64,000 bases of DNA, from positions 22,756,001-22,820,000 of the forward strand of contig CM052832.1 in assembly GCA_028534125.1 (NCBI GenBank), in the 5' to 3' direction. A program made the translations under genes and the position numbers. The first letter of the stretch is position 1. Each line of letters starts with the position of its first letter. This DNA is from Lama glama (taxonomy: Eukaryota). Under the pieces are notes generated by a model, which was given only the letters and a program-made list of their open reading frames with translations, was not told the origin of the DNA and did no database searches. Of the stretch, positions 63,401 to 64,000 are shown in pieces.

Positions 63401-63791
63401 ATGGCCTGTTAAATTTTATTATGTGAGATGATAAGAAGCCACCTCTGTCAACAGACAATAGGTAGCTTCCTTTAACATGGAACCTAGTTCATTTCAGCAT
63501 CAAAGTTGGAACCACCAATGGTTACAAATGCCCAGATAAAAAAAAGCAATATATTTGGCAGGTGCAGAATAAAGAAACTGTTCTTGTCTCCAACAAGTTG
63601 CACTTGTCATAAATTCTACTGACAGTTTTGGTGAGAAGACTTCAAAAGGAAAATATTTGCAGAACTAAGGAATGCACTGAGGACTCAAAGGAGGAGAGGA
63701 CACTATTGCCAGCAAAAATGCCTGCAAGAAAGCTTTGTTTTCACTTGAACTTTTCCTTGCCAATCTCAAAACCACCAGTTTCTTCCACCAA
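63400..63791 (-). other. Candidate terminal exon of a minus-strand gene entering from the right; if phase 0, encodes LVEETGGFEIGKEKFK* (63791-63741) followed by a 3' UTR
   Basis: Minus strand: ctcat branch-like site, ttttgtttcctctatttgtttttgcAG acceptor ending at 63792, TGA at 63743-63741, AATAAA at 63420-63415; gene not recognised and phase unknown. Confidence 0.4.
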
Positions 63792-64000
63792 CTGCAAAAA
63801 CAAATAGAGGAAACAAAACTGATGGATGAGTTCAAAGTCAGATCTCTTTGTGTCTGTGATGGCAGGGTGGATTTCAAGGATAAGGATTGCTCCTTCAAGT
63901 GATCTGATTTCTTGAACTTAATTTCACAGTCTATCAGTTACTTAAGAGACATTATTTTCGTCAGCCTGGTCAAGTCAAAAGCAAGATATGACAGATATAA

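Noticed and set aside
1..64000. CRISPR arrays, tRNA/rRNA genes, prokaryote-style operons, processed pseudogenes
   Set aside because: The sequence is mammalian and repeat-rich; I saw no spaced direct-repeat array, structural RNA gene or recognisable retrocopy.

Overview
This is mammalian non-coding DNA, probably from a camelid or related cetartiodactyl. That assignment is inferred from the style of the L1 3' ends and from the absence of recognisable Alu, B1, Bov-A/BovB or PRE1 elements. I cannot support any complete protein-coding gene: the long ORFs are L1 ORF2 remnants (or their antisense frames), microsatellite read-through, or an N-gap artefact. Much of the window is interspersed repeats (MIR, L2, L3/CR1, L1, MaLR/ERVL/ERV1 LTRs, hAT elements), and a 500-N gap lies at 49967-50466. 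Well-supported structures: (1) a three-level nested insertion at 20770-26337, in which an MLT1A LTR is split by a two-LTR MER34-like ERV1 provirus that is itself split by an L1, with target-site duplications (TSDs) still readable; (2) an intact, apparently young 588-bp ERV1 solo LTR with a perfect CTAG TSD at 10900-11487; (3) a small CpG-island promoter near 17.0-17.4 kb followed by splice-site-flanked non-coding exons, suggesting a + strand lncRNA or long 5'UTR. Weaker candidates: a minus-strand terminal exon of an unidentified gene at the right edge, and several repeat-free, TAAT-rich blocks resembling conserved developmental enhancers. I did not find a novel biological system that I can support; the findings are candidates for checking.
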